NCBI GenBank assembly: GCA_001599295.1
Contig: BCGN01000004.1
Location: 1,737,676 to 1,801,675 of the forward strand
Source: Sporopachydermia quercuum
Lineage: Eukaryota
Reading direction: 5' to 3'
Length of the DNA stretch: 64,000 nt
In this document: positions 39,538 to 53,420 of the stretch, piece by piece
How the letters are laid out: each line of letters opens with the position of its first letter
How positions within the stretch are numbered: the first letter of the stretch is position 1
Notes under the pieces: generated by a model
What the model was told of the DNA's origin: nothing
The model's input: only the letters and a program-made list of their open reading frames with translations
Database searches by the model: none
Made by a program: the position numbers and the translations under genes

Positions 39538-40940
39538 TCGGAATAAAGTTCGAGATCCAAAATTTCCCAATTAGGATCAATCTTTCTCAAATTGGAAAAA
39601 GAGCCGAGATTTTATTGGTTTTGCTCGATGAGGAAGAAATGAGAAGAATCAAATACGTCGCCAAAAAATTAATTGTCCCGTGATCAAATATATTTCACGT
39701 GATCTGCTTTCAGTAATTTGTTTCAAATCGTCAAACGAGCTGGGTTTTCATTGTTGAGCTTCCAAGCTCAATAAATTTCACCCTATGCTGAGGATTGCCC
39801 TGGGAGAGACAAGACAAAAGTTAGTTGCTGCATTATATCTTAATAGAATATACATATCCTATCATAGATCGTTCGTGTCCTATGGTAAGTTCGGCAGTCA
39901 AATACTGAGAGAGAATAATAGAATTGTTATGAAGTACTCAGAATAGAAAGACTTTGCATATAATTTGAATAGAATTAGGATTAAATGACTGGAAGTTTGT
40001 CTAACAAATGAACACTTCCTGTATGAATGTCATACTAAAGTTCTCTTGAAAAAAAATTTTGTACCCATGATTTGGAGAGTAAGGTTACAGCAATCAATCA
40101 NGCAGAGTTTACGGAAATTATACCAAATTATGATAAAATCTCCGCATCTCAAGATGTTTTCAGACGGATAGATACTGAGTCTTATGGCTAACGTCATTTC
40201 TTTCATTGCATAGTCATCTGACTGTAAATTCAATTATCTTTTCCGATATTTTCTTTCGATTTTATGACTCATGTTACATTGCCCATTTTGGATTTAAACT
40301 TTTTATTTAATGAGCAAAGATCAAACTCAATTGTGTAAACCGGAGATTAGTCAAACTTAATTTCAATGAGAATTTAAGTTTANTAGAGAACTCATAAGCT
40401 TTACCTAACAAAGCCTATTATCATCAATACCTCAATTTTCGCAACATTTAGTTCCATCAATAGAGAGAAGCAAGAAGTATAGTGAGAAAAGGTATAATAT
40501 ATATGCTTGACTGGTTCAAGTTCTATAAGTTCTTTCTCTTATAATTCAGTTGTTTGCTAGAGTTAATCTGAAGCTGTTCAGTAATAATTTAGTTACTCTC
40601 ACCACTCAATTTCTTGTTCCTAGCCAAAAGGAGTTACGTATCGTAGCACAAGTTATTCAAATATTCTCCAATAATGTAGTTCACTTCTTATAGCCATTAA
40701 TAACATACTGGCGAAGTTAGGGTACTGTTCTTGAAAATGTTTCGGGATGGTCAATTGCAGGTCTTGAGCTAAACTCTAAAAAGTGTCAAAAGTAACTTGA
40801 TACGATTATCGAATGTGAGTGAGTAATGATTACAACTACAAAGGGAGTTTTCTTCTTTTTCAGATTGACTATGATAAGCATTATCTCTATTAGGTTGTCG
40901 CTTGATAAACTGTTCTATTATACCTACTAATCTATATTAC

Positions 40941-42782
40941 TTATTCAGACTCATCAAAAGAGTACATCCATGGTTTATCAATCACACTATCATTGCCCTT
41001 ACCGTTACCATTATCGTTACCATTACCACTGCCACTACCATTCCAGTATACTGACCCAGCAGTTACACTGGAACCTCCGTTCCTTGTAGGACTTCTATTC
41101 CTGAAGCTCGATAGTATTTTCTTAGGGGATTCCATTATCTTCTTCAAGGGGGATCCTCCATTACTGAGTCTTCTTGGTGATACAGATACCTCAGACGATG
41201 TAAACCTATAATGGTCCTTATTAATACGTTGTTGCTGATTTAGAGTAAATGTTGAACTAGAAATTGGGAAATTCTGGCTATCGAATGCAATTTGGGGAGG
41301 AGTCGACGTCTCATTGAGGATACCTGGGCTGGCTCCAGAATGAGATGCAAAATGAACGTCATATGACTCTCTAATTTCCATATTCACTGGATCAACTGTT
41401 GGTGGGGTAAATGAATCAAGAGAATCCTGTGAAACTCCTCCGCGTGGGATACTTAATAATGAAGGTTTTGAGCTTGAAGTACTTTTAGGAGTCCTCTGAG
41501 AGCAAGGAGATGCTATGGACATATGTTCTTGTGGTTGCCGTTGACCTTGCCTATTATTGGACGGAGAATATTGAACTGAGATATGGGTGTGGTTTCCGTT
41601 ATTTGTAGTTATCTTTTCTGATGATATTTCTAACTGGCTTTCTGGAAGTGCAGGCAAATGTGGAGCGAATCCNACATCATTAGTGGCTTGAGCGTTAGCA
41701 TATGCCATGTTTTCTTCTTCCTGTTGGATTTTTTGGTAGTATATTATGTCGGAAGGTTCGTTCCTTAAGTGTGGAGGTAGTAAATCGGGATTCATTTTCT
41801 GTAATGCTTCTGATTCCCAGAGTCTTACATGTTTGGTTTCCATTAGGTTATTTGTATTGTGTGATCCTAATTTCCTCACAGATGCTTTTCGGGATATATT
41901 AGAAACTGCAGTTGATCCACCGATGCCTAAGCCAAGGTTTATGCCTAGACCATCTGTTGTTGATTCTGGGCCTGACATAATAGGCATAGATACAGAGGAA
42001 GAGAGCAGAGTGTGTTTATGCTGTGGCTGTGACTGTGACTGTGAGAATGACCTTGACTGTAGTTTAGCCATAGAAAAATCTACAGGGAAATGGACATCAG
42101 GTCCCGTTGAATGAGCCACAAGGGTCGAATTTGATGTTTTCTCGCTTATGAATTTAACACTGTTCTCTCCGAACGTCGAAGGAGTAACATTTGAAGGGTT
42201 GGGTGACTTCCAGCTGAATCCATCTTTATGGGAATATATCAGCGTTGATGTTAGTGTCGATGGTGTCGCAGACGCTGAGTTTGAACCAGATCCGTTCTGT
42301 GAGCCATATCCGGATGATATAAATCGCCGACTTAATACGAATACTAATAAAAATGCAGATTGGAGCATTAAAGATGATATTATCAGAACACTCATCGCAA
42401 TTTCTATTCCAGTTTTACCAGAAAACTGTTGAATTGTAGATGCTCCAGGTTGTAGTATTTTTCCAATTATCAGGAATAATAACCCTAGTGTGCTTCCAGT
42501 AACTGATACTACTAGTAGTAGCAGTATAAGTATGTTGTATAAATGTGGTAGACTGATTTTATTAGATATTATGGCTATCAGAACGATGGCATTGAGAAAT
42601 TGAGTTGACGCGATTAGAGGATATGCTGCGAACGAGTAACTGCAGCTGAGTTGGTTGAATATTGAATATGAATACTGACTTGTGAGTACAGTAGATAATG
42701 ATGCAACAGTAAGGTTGACTAGCACTAGGACAAAAGCCCATAGTGTATTCAGCTTAATCTGAAGTTTTACTTGCACTATCAT
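40941..42782 (-). CDS. Membrane protein with ~4 N-terminal TM helices and a long Ser-rich tail (possibly Irc8-like)
   Basis: Hydrophobic N-terminus, E..AL..MN..LLPP.L motif, many SP/TP sites. Family assignment is tentative. Confidence 0.7.
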   Translation of the reverse strand: MIVQVKLQIKLNTLWAFVLVLVNLTVASLSTVLTSQYSYSIFNQLSCSYSFAAYPLIASTQFLNAIVLIAIISNKISLPHLYNILILLLLVVSVTGSTLGLLFLIIGKILQPGASTIQQFSGKTGIEIAMSVLIISSLMLQSAFLLVFVLSRRFISSGYGSQNGSGSNSASATPSTLTSTLIYSHKDGFSWKSPNPSNVTPSTFGENSVKFISEKTSNSTLVAHSTGPDVHFPVDFSMAKLQSRSFSQSQSQPQHKHTLLSSSVSMPIMSGPESTTDGLGINLGLGIGGSTAVSNISRKASVRKLGSHNTNNLMETKHVRLWESEALQKMNPDLLPPHLRNEPSDIIYYQKIQQEEENMAYANAQATNDXGFAPHLPALPESQLEISSEKITTNNGNHTHISVQYSPSNNRQGQRQPQEHMSIASPCSQRTPKSTSSSKPSLLSIPRGGVSQDSLDSFTPPTVDPVNMEIRESYDVHFASHSGASPGILNETSTPPQIAFDSQNFPISSSTFTLNQQQRINKDHYRFTSSEVSVSPRRLSNGGSPLKKIMESPKKILSSFRNRSPTRNGGSSVTAGSVYWNGSGSGNGNDNGNGKGNDSVIDKPWMYSFDESE

Positions 42783-44275
42783 TGTGTGTGGAGCCTGAGT
42801 GTGTGTTATTTTGTTGAAGATGTTTGCATTGTTCAATAGTTGAGATAAAATGTTCTGGAATTGGTGACGAATGAGTCAGAGGCTGAAAAGATGCTGAGAT
42901 ATGAGATGTTGTTGTGGTATTCCTGTTGATAGAACCAATAGAGGGATTTTAATTGGAAAAACTTATAAAACTATAGTACTTTTCTTGGGAACTATAATAT
43001 CAAATATCTTGGTGATGAATGGATAATTATACAACCAAATGATATTGATGATGGTAGTTGATGCTTGATTTCTCCTATGACCAAGACAATTATCAAGTGA
43101 GCTATCGCCAATCAGCACTATTATTCGCTCCACCTTAATCTTCCTATCCTTTCTCTTCTAAGCTTGCAATTAGCCTACCAATATTTTATCGTTGCGATTA
43201 TTTGATCTCCGTGTAAATAGTTCCTTTCACTATGGCAACTATGTTCTCACACTGTAACTACGAAGTAGCATTACTGTCAAAACAGTAATCTTAGATTGGC
43301 ATCGCTGAGTTTTTCCCAACCTTTTGTTTATGCTACAAAGGTTATTTTCTTGCACTGCTGTTGAATAATTGGAAGCACTGTTCCTTTAAACGAGTACGAT
43401 TTTCCTAATAAGAGGCTGAATTATTTGACGCTTGAGACGATAGCTTCAATCCCGAAATGGAAATACACAAATATGATCTATGGATTAATTGGGAAGTAAG
43501 AAAACAGATATCTGAGATGAGACTTGATGCATGTGATGGGTGTAATGGAGATATACTTGAGGGGAGAGGGGTGAAAAAGAGGAATGATGGTATTTGGGGA
43601 ATCATATTGAAAATATACTGCAAATGAGAGGAAATAAATATGCCCAAACCATTATTCTATCATTTTGAGTTATGGCCAATGATTTCTCTAATATATTTCC
43701 TTGTTTTAATCCGTATATTACCATCCTGAAATATCACCTCCCTCTTCCCGTAGAATATTTCACTTCCATGTAACTCTCTATGCATTATACATGCATGATA
43801 GACGCAGGAACGGCTTTTGAAAACTTCATATAAATCTCCTGTACGTACCCCCGTAATACCTTAACGTTAAGCTTCTAACTTTAATTTTGGTTTCATTTCC
43901 TTTTCCAGAACCTCTCTGTGGCTCATCTGAGTGCTCGTTCGTCGCCTTTTTCATCCATCCGTTGTCCATCTCATTGATTGTCTAACGAGACCCATCAATA
44001 GCTACACTTCAATTCTTCATTGGAATGCTCAAATATATTTTCTAGAATCCAAAATAGTATTAAGGTTTAAAATATTCTGCGAATCTGCAACCTTAGGTAT
44101 AGGAACGATTCCTAAAACAGTGTCTATAGGTGAGAAGTCGTTTGTTCCTTGTTAGAAAACTATACCAATGGTTTACGGAAGTCAGCCTATTTGAAATAGT
44201 AGAGTATCAAGTATTTGTGGCATTGCTACTATTCACCATTGAGGAGAATATTTAAGCTTTGTTGATAATCTCGGA

Positions 44276-46306
44276 ATGTCGGAAAGGGATCGTTCGACGG
44301 ATCTTGCAATCCATCCTGAATCGAAAACACAAAGGGCCAATGATGATCGAAACCGAAATAGCAGTCAGCATCGGATTAGAGATGACTCCGTTCCGAGAAT
44401 TTTGGAGGAAAGAGAATTAGAAACTTCGGATATTACTATCAATTTGGATTACCAAGAAATTAATGTACCGGAACAACATATTGAATTGGGGGGTCATTCC
44501 GAGCTCCATACAATGAATGGTTCACCAGGATATCCCGAGTATGATCCTGCGGTTACACGAGTAATTGTAATTCCATCCCAGTTATCCGAAACTGCTACTT
44601 CGGAAAAAGGATTCCTATTTGGGTCGATGCAAAACTCGAATTTATCTTCTAGTTCCCGAAATTTAGGCCAATCCTTCTCCGTATCCTCGGCTGCTTCGAA
44701 CTCTTCTACAGCCTCGAGACCATCCTCTAGGCCATCTGCAGTCAATCGGTTGTCGTCTAGTTTGTCAATGTTAAATCTACGACGCAAAACTTCTAGTTCG
44801 GCATTAAAGCTGAACCCGGCTTCTGGAACTTCGGAAACTTCTATTTCTGGTTCCGGAAATAGTAATGCACAATCTAATGTTCGTCCAAGCTTAGTGGAAC
44901 GACATTCATCTTCAGCATCTGGCTCGGGTTCTGGTTCTGGTTCTTCCTTATTTTTCCGGAAAAGTTACCGGTTTCGTTCCCAACAAGCAAAAGCTTCTTA
45001 TATATCTGACTCCAGTGTCTCCCAACCGGCTTCATCCGCGAAATCAATTCCTAAAAGACGCTCATTATCATTTTCTCCGTCGTTCTCATCTTTATCAACT
45101 ATCTCTTCCGGTTCTTCTTCCAATAACTATAATAATAGTCTAAAACGAAAACCCATCTTTAGAAGATACCAAAAATCATCTACAAATCTCGGAGAAGGTG
45201 TTGGTGGTACTGTTATTACAGTTACCCGAAAATCAGACCGGAAAATATTCGCCATGAAACATTTCCGGAAAAAAGACTTATTCGAATCAGAAAGAGAATA
45301 CTCTAAAAAGGTAACAGCCGAATATACAATCGGAAGTACTTTATTTCATCCGAATATTATAAAAACCATAGAAATTGCTCATGAAGGTGATTCGGTATAC
45401 CAGATAATGGAGTATGCCGAGTATGATCTTTTTCAATTAGTTATGAGCCGGTTAATGTCGGTGTCGGAAATATACTGCTGTTTTAAGCAGATTTTATCCG
45501 GTTTGCAATATTTGCATCATATGGGGGTAGCTCATAGGGATCTGAAATTGGACAACTGTGTTGTCACCGCAGGAGGCATTGTGAAAATTATAGATTTTGG
45601 AGCAGCTGTTGTATTTAGCTATCCATTTTCATCGGCGATAATCCCTGCTGTTGGAATTGCGGGGTCAGATCCGTATTTAGCTCCTGAGGTTTGTTCGGAA
45701 ATCAAATATGATCCGAGACCTGCCGATATATGGTCCGCAGCAATAGTGTTCTTTTGTATGCTTCGACGGAAATTCCCCTGGAAGAAGCCGATTTTATCCG
45801 ATCCTTCATTTAACAAATTTATACAGCGACCTGGAGAAAGTTTCCGAGAAGCGATTTCTCGGTCTAGAAGGTCGGAGATAATCGGACCGAAAGCTGGTGA
45901 GAAGAAACTGAACCCACCCCCATGGGATCCGATGCTTGCTACGAGGCCTGTGACTTCTAATAGAAGTCTTCAGAATTTACCCNTGCCCGGAAAAGAGGAT
46001 TTCGGAGAGAACCGACTTTTGAATTCTGTTCCCAAAGAAACCCGAGATCTTTTCCGAAGTATGGTAAAAATAGCACCATGTGATCGGATTAGTGTTGATG
46101 GATGTCTGAATTCGGAATTCATGCGCGGGGTAGAAATGTGTGAATGGTCCGAAAGTGCGGGAAAAGTTTTGTCTTCGAATTCCCATTTGCATACGCAATT
46201 GGACAGCTCAAAAGCCCATATCGCTAGTTATTTTAAGGATCGGGATGAGAAACGGAAAGAACGGGAAAAGGAGAAAATGCGGGATGCACGGAATCAAGGA
46301 AAATAA
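44276..46306 (+). CDS. NPR1: Npr1/Prr2-family Ser/Thr kinase
   Basis: Ser-rich N-terminus. VTAEY.IG.TL.HPNII.TIEI, HRDLKLDNCV, IIDFGAAVVFSYPFS, GSDPYLAPEVC, YDPRP.DIWS. Confidence 0.88.
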   Translation: MSERDRSTDLAIHPESKTQRANDDRNRNSSQHRIRDDSVPRILEERELETSDITINLDYQEINVPEQHIELGGHSELHTMNGSPGYPEYDPAVTRVIVIPSQLSETATSEKGFLFGSMQNSNLSSSSRNLGQSFSVSSAASNSSTASRPSSRPSAVNRLSSSLSMLNLRRKTSSSALKLNPASGTSETSISGSGNSNAQSNVRPSLVERHSSSASGSGSGSGSSLFFRKSYRFRSQQAKASYISDSSVSQPASSAKSIPKRRSLSFSPSFSSLSTISSGSSSNNYNNSLKRKPIFRRYQKSSTNLGEGVGGTVITVTRKSDRKIFAMKHFRKKDLFESEREYSKKVTAEYTIGSTLFHPNIIKTIEIAHEGDSVYQIMEYAEYDLFQLVMSRLMSVSEIYCCFKQILSGLQYLHHMGVAHRDLKLDNCVVTAGGIVKIIDFGAAVVFSYPFSSAIIPAVGIAGSDPYLAPEVCSEIKYDPRPADIWSAAIVFFCMLRRKFPWKKPILSDPSFNKFIQRPGESFREAISRSRRSEIIGPKAGEKKLNPPPWDPMLATRPVTSNRSLQNLPXPGKEDFGENRLLNSVPKETRDLFRSMVKIAPCDRISVDGCLNSEFMRGVEMCEWSESAGKVLSSNSHLHTQLDSSKAHIASYFKDRDEKRKEREKEKMRDARNQGK

Positions 46307-46712
46307 AAAGTGGGGTAACTGCTCGAAACTACGAAAACAATGTAGGATATGTTCCGGAATCTGCTAATCATGAAAGCTTTTAATACATAGGAGATTGATA
46401 ATAACAGAAGCGATAGACTCACTATTTCTTTATTTTCAGTTTAAACCGGAAACAATAAGTATTGGCTATACAATGAATCAGTAAAATAAAAACTATGCAT
46501 CATAAATTACAACAACATCGGAAATAACATCGCTTGTACTTATTACCTATTGATTCCGTCTTTGATCTACAGATTAAACCTTTCTGTACCCAGTGGTCTT
46601 GGGTCGTATATACAGTATAGATTTATAACTTAGTCATTTTCTATGTTTTTATTTACAAGTATCAATTATCTTTCCGAAATCAATATCAAAACTTTCCGTT
46701 ATTTTTTCCAGT

Positions 46713-49026
46713 TTAACAAACCTTAATGAAATATTCTCCTAAGTAGGCTTCTGTAACCTTACTAGGACTGCCCATCATAACATCTGATCCAGTGACTGTC
46801 TTTGGGAAAGCAATTACATCCCGAATACTATCCGTTCCATACATCATAGCTACTAAACGATCAAAGCCTAATGCAATTCCTGCATGGGGGGGACATCCTG
46901 TTCCGAAAGCACGGAGTAAATGGCCAAATAGGTCACTAGTTTCAATTACTTCCGAACCAGGTTTATGCACTCGAAGAATCTCGGAAAGAATATACCGCTG
47001 TAAGGTCTCGTCGTGAATTCTGGTCGATCCGCCTCCGACTTCAACTCCATTAATAACTAAATCATAATGTTGGCCTCGGATGCTTAACGGCTTATTAGAT
47101 TTTAACATGTGATAATCATCTGTATTCAGCATAGTAAACGGATGATGGGTTGAAACAAACGCCGAGGTATTATATTTCGGGTATAATGCCCATTTTGAGC
47201 CCCCGTTTTGGTCCCTATTCTCATTCTGTGCTGTCTGGGGAGCTTCTTCTTCTTGTGGGGTAAAAAGTGGGAAGTCGACAACCCAATTTGCTAAGAAATC
47301 CGTCTCAGAAATTCTCCTACCATCAGCAAAGTTTCGATTATACTGAGATTTCGGGAAAAGGTCAGCATTCTCGGAAATCATTTGCCGAAGTCTTCCCATT
47401 GGGGTTGGATTCTCATAGCTGGTTACTTGCCGCGACGACATGCAGACGATATCACCCGGTTGGACCGGGAACTTTCGGTAAATTGCTTCCAATTGTGAGG
47501 AATCGGTTGGGATCTCCGCCAAATCTCGGAAAAACTCTAACCAATTATTAGTGTCTTCTTTTTCCCCAATGGCAATAATTTTGGGAATTCGGAACGGATA
47601 TTTGGCTTTGTTACCTAAATAAGCGAGAATTTTCTTTCGTTCTTTACCGGAATTAAACGCTTGTGGAATAATTAGTAAATCCGTAACAGGAAACTCTTCA
47701 TTGCCGGTTGATTTTATCCCAGTTGTCTCAGTTAAGTTTACTATTTCCAACCCCAATCTCAAATCGGGTTTATCTATTCCATATCGGGAAAGAACATGGG
47801 CATAAGTAAGTTCAGTTAGTCTCCCTGTTTCTTCCGACGTCTCTATAACTTCTCCGGTATCGGGATTTATAGTATATAAGCGTTTGCTAACACCATTAGG
47901 AAAAATCGCCGACATCACGTCCTCTATCACGTTCCGAACATCGGAGCCAGAAGCAAAAGCCATTTCCAAATCCACTTGGGTAAATTCGGGTTGTCTGTCG
48001 GCTCGGAGATCTTCATCTCGGAAGCATCGAGCTAGTTGATAGTACCGGTGAACTCCAGAAGCCATTAACATCTGTTTATACTGTTGGGGACTTTGTGGTA
48101 GAGCATAGAATAAACTTTTCCTCCGACAAGGAACTAAAAACTCTCGAGCCCCTTCCGGGGTCGATTTAAACAAAAGCGGAGTTTCTACTTCCGTGAATCC
48201 GAACTTTTCTGATTCCAATACGGACCGGACGATTGAGGCAATCTTTGCACGGAGCCTTAACGCTTTTTGATAGTAAGCGTCCCGAAGTTGCAAATATCGG
48301 AATTGTTGCGGGAAATCTTTAGGTTTGTGTTGGAAAGAGCTCAATTGGGCACCTTGTGGCCCAGCAAAGTTTAAGATTTGAATATCGAAAACGTTTATTT
48401 CAGCCCGAGGTTTACTTAGTTCTGTATTTCCTCCGGAATTTTTTACCGAAGGATTCCTTTGGTCATTGCTGAAAAGGGAAACTGTTCCAGTGACGCAAAC
48501 AGCTGATTCAATCGACAAGTTCCGAACTGATTGCTTCTCNGATGTATCCGTCAATTGGATCCGATCTCCGTTAGTATCTCTAAGCTGACTAAAGGCTAAG
48601 CTCTTTGACATCTTCCGAGGGTTCACTGTGATCCATCCGTGGAGGATAACTTTCGCCCGAGATTTCTCGAGTTCGGAAGCATTTTCGACTATTTCAGCGA
48701 TTGTATGCGTTGCTTGCGGAAAGGAAACTGTTGAATGGAAGTATCATGTTAATATGCAGATGAAATGCCGAAGTAGCCATGAAAGGAGAAAATGCAGAAC
48801 AGAGATTGGAAAGAAAACACTTACATTTTGCGATAACTTCATCTAAAGGCGGAAGTTCAATTTTTTCCACTTCCGAAGGAGAAGTTCCATTATTTCTTCG
48901 GAATATCCGAACATTGCCTGGGGCTTGTATAAGTCTACTAGTGATCACCCCGCTGAAAACAATTCCCGGTCGGATGAGACGTCGAGTTGACATTCTACCC
49001 GTTCGGGTTGGACATAATTTTAACAT
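46713..49026 (-). CDS. MSD1: Mitochondrial aspartyl-tRNA synthetase; exons 49026-48825, 48727-46713
   Basis: STPEGAREFLVP, YALPQSPQQYKQ.LM, CFRDEDLRADRQPEFTQ, PPHAGIALGFDRL, IRDVIAFPKT. Intron GTAAGT..TATTAAC..CAG joins the presequence exon. Confidence 0.96.
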
Positions 49027-49964
49027 CACAAACNATTGATGCCGATCGAATGAATATCTCGGAGATTTCTGAAGTTATCGGATGAAAACAGCATTTTGGA
49101 ACCACAAAGACATTTTAATCCGTCTATCACAGATGTACAATCACAATTTGTCCAATTTTATCAGTGAACCTGAAGACATTTTATTGATTAGATGAACATA
49201 ACAGCATAGTTCGAGATGAGACTTGAAGTGACTGTAAGGAGGTGGAACTGCGTCATACAAAGAGTATTTTGAATAAAAGCAATGAAGGAGAACTACTTTA
49301 TTTGCATATTGAAGAAAATTTAATTCTGACATGTTTTGTTTCAATAAACAGTCTTGGAATAATGGAATTCCCGTTAATTCTCTCGGTTTGAGTATAAGTG
49401 AATAGGGTTATTATTTCCGTTATGTGAAAATATCGGATATTATGTGAAACTCCCATCATACGGCAACACAACGGAAGGAAAAGAGCAATAAAAATAAGAA
49501 ACTTCAGAGCAAATAGAAGAATTTTTAGTTTATATTATTAAATATAGTATTTCCCTTTTCATTATGAGCTTTCTTACAAATACATCGTGATAAGAAAGAT
49601 ATTAGTTATTGCTATAAAGATTAGGAGGAATTACAGTAAAACATAATTACATAAGCATCACGTGATACTATTATCTCCGTAAATATTGGAGTTACTATTT
49701 TCGCCTGGATTACTTAAACATCCGAGCTTTTCGGACTTTATCGGATCTCTTCAGAGAGTTATAATTGTCAATTCAACCGTTTAATTCACTTTCAATATAT
49801 TCTCCTATTCATTTTGTAGTTACTGAAAGTATTCATGTCTGCATGCCGTTTTCGATATTTACGAGCCCCCAAACACTATCAACTAGCTTCTCGCACTATA
49901 GATCAATCTCCGTAATTTTCTTTCTCTGCCCACTTTGACTCCGCCAATACCTATGTTCTCCATT

Positions 49965-51832
49965 TTACAAACTCTCCTTCAGAACGACCATCAAAGTTTG
50001 CCAGCCAGGCGAATTTAACAACTGATAGGCCAATTCCAGTTTTTCTTCTCCATGGCGGGCAATTTGATATANAAATAACTCTTCTTTAGCACTTAAGATG
50101 TCCAAGGAGTGTAAAAATGTAAGAAAATGAAAATCACGTATGCCTTTGAACACATCAAGTTCGTTTCCGCTGTTTGATTCCGANTTCCGGGTGATTCCTA
50201 ATCGCTGTGCCACATGTTTCAACTCGGCCGAAACTCCTATGTATTGTCTATTCTCAATAGGGAACTTTGCTAAACCTTCAACAGGTGCAAAGAATGGCTC
50301 AGCTTTATCGGGGAATCCATGGGTTAATGTTACCAATAAATAATCTACTGGTAATGCAGGTCTAGCATTCTTTTTAACAGCAATTCCATACTCATTGATT
50401 GTCATATAGAACATATCTGGAACATAAACCTCACCCTTTGATTCCGCTATAATAGCCATCGAAGGATTAGTGGATGGCATAATCAGTTTCGCTTTAACTA
50501 ACGATTCAGCAGAGGCTGAAACCTGATAAGAGGAGATATCAATTTCACCTTTAGGATTACCCGAGATAACACATGTCACAAATTTTGAGGAAAATTTGCC
50601 ATTCGAAGACCATTTAGTAATATTCGGATGTCTTAATTGCATATTAGCCGCCATTACAACTTCTAAGGAAGATAAGAAATATGAATCTTTATGCCTTTTG
50701 CAAATAACTGATCCGTCTCCGAGTCCAGTATCCGTTAAATCGGTGAAAATCATTCCCACAACTGCTAAACCTAATTCTTGGGCAATCCTGATTACGTCAT
50801 GTTCTTGTTCCCAAGGGAGAGACAAAGTTAATCCATCAGATTCATCATGCTGTGGAGGCTCGTATATGGTCTGCACTACGGCTTTTATTCCTAATGGGAC
50901 AGCCGAATATTGTTCGTAGCTCCCAAACAGGTAACCGATCCGCTGACAGCCGCTGGTACGCCACGTTTCAATGAAATCGTTAACTATATCCGACGAAGAG
51001 AATTCCACGTGATCCACAAGTCGGAAGTCCTGTTGTTGTAAGGTAATTGCGCTCGGTTGACATTTAGAGCAGATTCCTGCCGGCCAAGGGGCATGGCCTG
51101 AAGGGCAATGCTGCGCCACAGAGTAATCGGGTTGATTTAGTGGCGCAATGTAACTTGTGGCTGAGGCAGCTTTATTTGTGGATTCATTCACTTGTTTGAC
51201 ATAAGCATGAAAAGACATGTGTTTGATTTTATGTTCATCCCGATACGATTTATCCCATGGTGGCAACGGTGAGCAATACTCGCACATGCCTTTCTCTCCA
51301 TGACGGCACATCCTACTCCGAGATCGGGGGATTAATCCTGTTTGTGCATCCAATTCGTTATCGACGGGTAATTGCTTCACTTGAGCCGGGCCAGTGGTGC
51401 TCGGTGCGGAAGCTGAAGCAGGAAGTGATATCGGAATAGGGATAAAGTTTCCGTTACTTCCCGTTAGAGACTCGGATTTAATCTCAGCTTCAGTGTCGGA
51501 ATCCTCTAAACTTTCATGTGAAAAGAACAGCAGATCACCATGTTTCAACCCGAGTGATGAACCAGTATGGCCGAAGAATTTAGTTGCTGTTTCGGTTGCT
51601 CCGTTCGGAGTTGTGGACACCCGAAGGTCTTCTACCGAGTTTATTCCAGCCTGTTCGGCAAGATTCTGTAGCGNTAGTTTGAAATCGGCTTTGTCATCGA
51701 CGTTAACCCGGAACATGCCGTCTTTTGATCTAAATCTTAAAATCTGAATAGCAGGAGTTACAAAGTTAGTATTGGTAGCAAAAGATGATTCCGAAAGCTT
51801 CTGAGACTTGAGGTTCACAGTATNCTTACCAT
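49965..51832 (-). CDS. NPL4: Cdc48 cofactor Npl4; exons 51832-51830 (ATG only), 51743-49965
   Basis: M|ILRFRSKDGMFR, CRHGEKGMCEYCSPL, GICSKCQPSAITLQQQ.FRLVDHVEF, SSKFVTCVISG. Confidence 0.96.
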
Positions 51833-52708
51833 TTTGAGATAATCAAATAATTTTAGTTATATATGAGCCTCAGATGCGACTCAAATAGCTACTGCTTTTG
51901 TTCTTTTAGTTGAATAAATAAAGCAATGCCAAACAATGTAGGTGAATTTGGTTGGCGGAGGGAGGCAAACAAGGTACAAGTGTCACAATGATATTTTTCT
52001 GAAACAAATAATAATCAACTAAGCCACACTTCTCTTATTAGTATTGGTTACAGAAAATAAGGAAGTAATAAGTTATCAGATCTGTCAATAGATAATAAGC
52101 CCTGGCGGAAGATCCGATAGTTGGAAAGCAATTGCCTTCCGAGAAAAGAAGCACAAAGACTTTAAGATTATTCTTCGGATGATGTAAGCAATTATTCAAA
52201 CGAGAAGAGATATGAGGTTAAATATCCAAAGGGAAATCAGACAGNTACTTAAAGGTATGGATTTGGGTAAACTAGGGGAATAGGAACAGGAAGAGCATTA
52301 TAATAGTCAACGAATCCTATTAGTCTGTATCTTTATACCCCAATAATAGTAATATGAATAAAAAAGAATGTCCAAATATTTCAGTTAAGTGCTGTTGAAA
52401 GAAGATCCTATTAGCTTTCCGGTATATTTCGTTCAGTCTCCAGTATACCATCTTTAAGGTATTACGGAAACTATCAGCCTCATCATGTATCAAATTTCGG
52501 ATATCATAAGCTATACTAATTTCCGGTTTACATTTTCCAAACACGTATTTTAAATCTTCTTTTTGATTCATCTTCCTCCGGCTTTCCATTCAGCGGAACA
52601 TCCAAGATAACTCAGTGGATTTTAAGCAGTTCGCAAAGAAATCACACTAGATGTTTTTATAACTACTGATCGAACTTTAGTCGCTGATCTGTCTCTCAAG
52701 GCATCAAA

Positions 52709-53420
52709 ATGGACGCTGAAACTGAAGTCCCTGTTAAGAAGATCTCGGTATACTTACCATTGGTCTACGTCGCCATTCTCATCTCGGCGTTGATTATTTT
52801 CTCTTCCATTTACAGGAAACGAAAAATAAGTAAGTAATTATTTTATTTTTATTTTTTTGTAGCTACTGTGGCTTAGATGTCCTCATTTCCTTGAGTCTAA
52901 GGAGCTTTCACCAAGTCACATTTAGTTTAAACCTTTTACTAACATATATCCCTCTATAGGCAAATTATCCTCCTTAAGACCATGGTTCACAAGTGAGAAC
53001 AACGCTAGAAACATATTTTTGGAATTGAAAGCCACAGTTCCTGTGCCCCCACCAAAACTATTAAAAGCGGCTTTGATCCAAAGAGGTGCAGAAGCTTTGA
53101 GACGTTCTATGAAACTACGACAAGATCAACCCTCCATGCAACAGTTGTATCAACGCGGCTGTATCGGAGAAGATCTATGGAATAGATTTCAAACAGCACA
53201 AAAGATACAGGAGCTAGAATTAAGAGAAGTGGCTTTCGAAGCTGAAACTTTGGAAAAAGGATGGGGTGGTACTTTTTTCCCTGTAGCGCAGGAGGTTCTT
53301 CTGAATGAAGCTCTTAGAAGGAGAATTGATGAGCTTCCTAATCGAATGAAGACAATAAAGAGTATGTGGGGTGAAGGAGGGGAAACCGAGGAAAATGTGG
53401 AGAAGGAGGGTCGAGATTGA
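52709..53420 (+). CDS. SEC66: Sec63-complex subunit Sec66/Sec71; exons 52709-52829, 52960-53420
   Basis: ISVYLPLVYV TM, FSSIYRKRK, LLKAAL..RGAEA.RR..KL, G.IGEDLW.RF. Canonical intron. Confidence 0.92.

Noticed and set aside
45532..45560. Alternative CUG decoding
   Set aside because: CTG encodes the invariant Leu of kinase HRDLK and Leu positions in Hom2, so the code is standard.
49657..49800. ATCACGTGAT in AT-rich DNA as a point-centromere CDEI
   Set aside because: No long very AT-rich CDEII followed by CDEIII, and point centromeres are not expected in this type of yeast.
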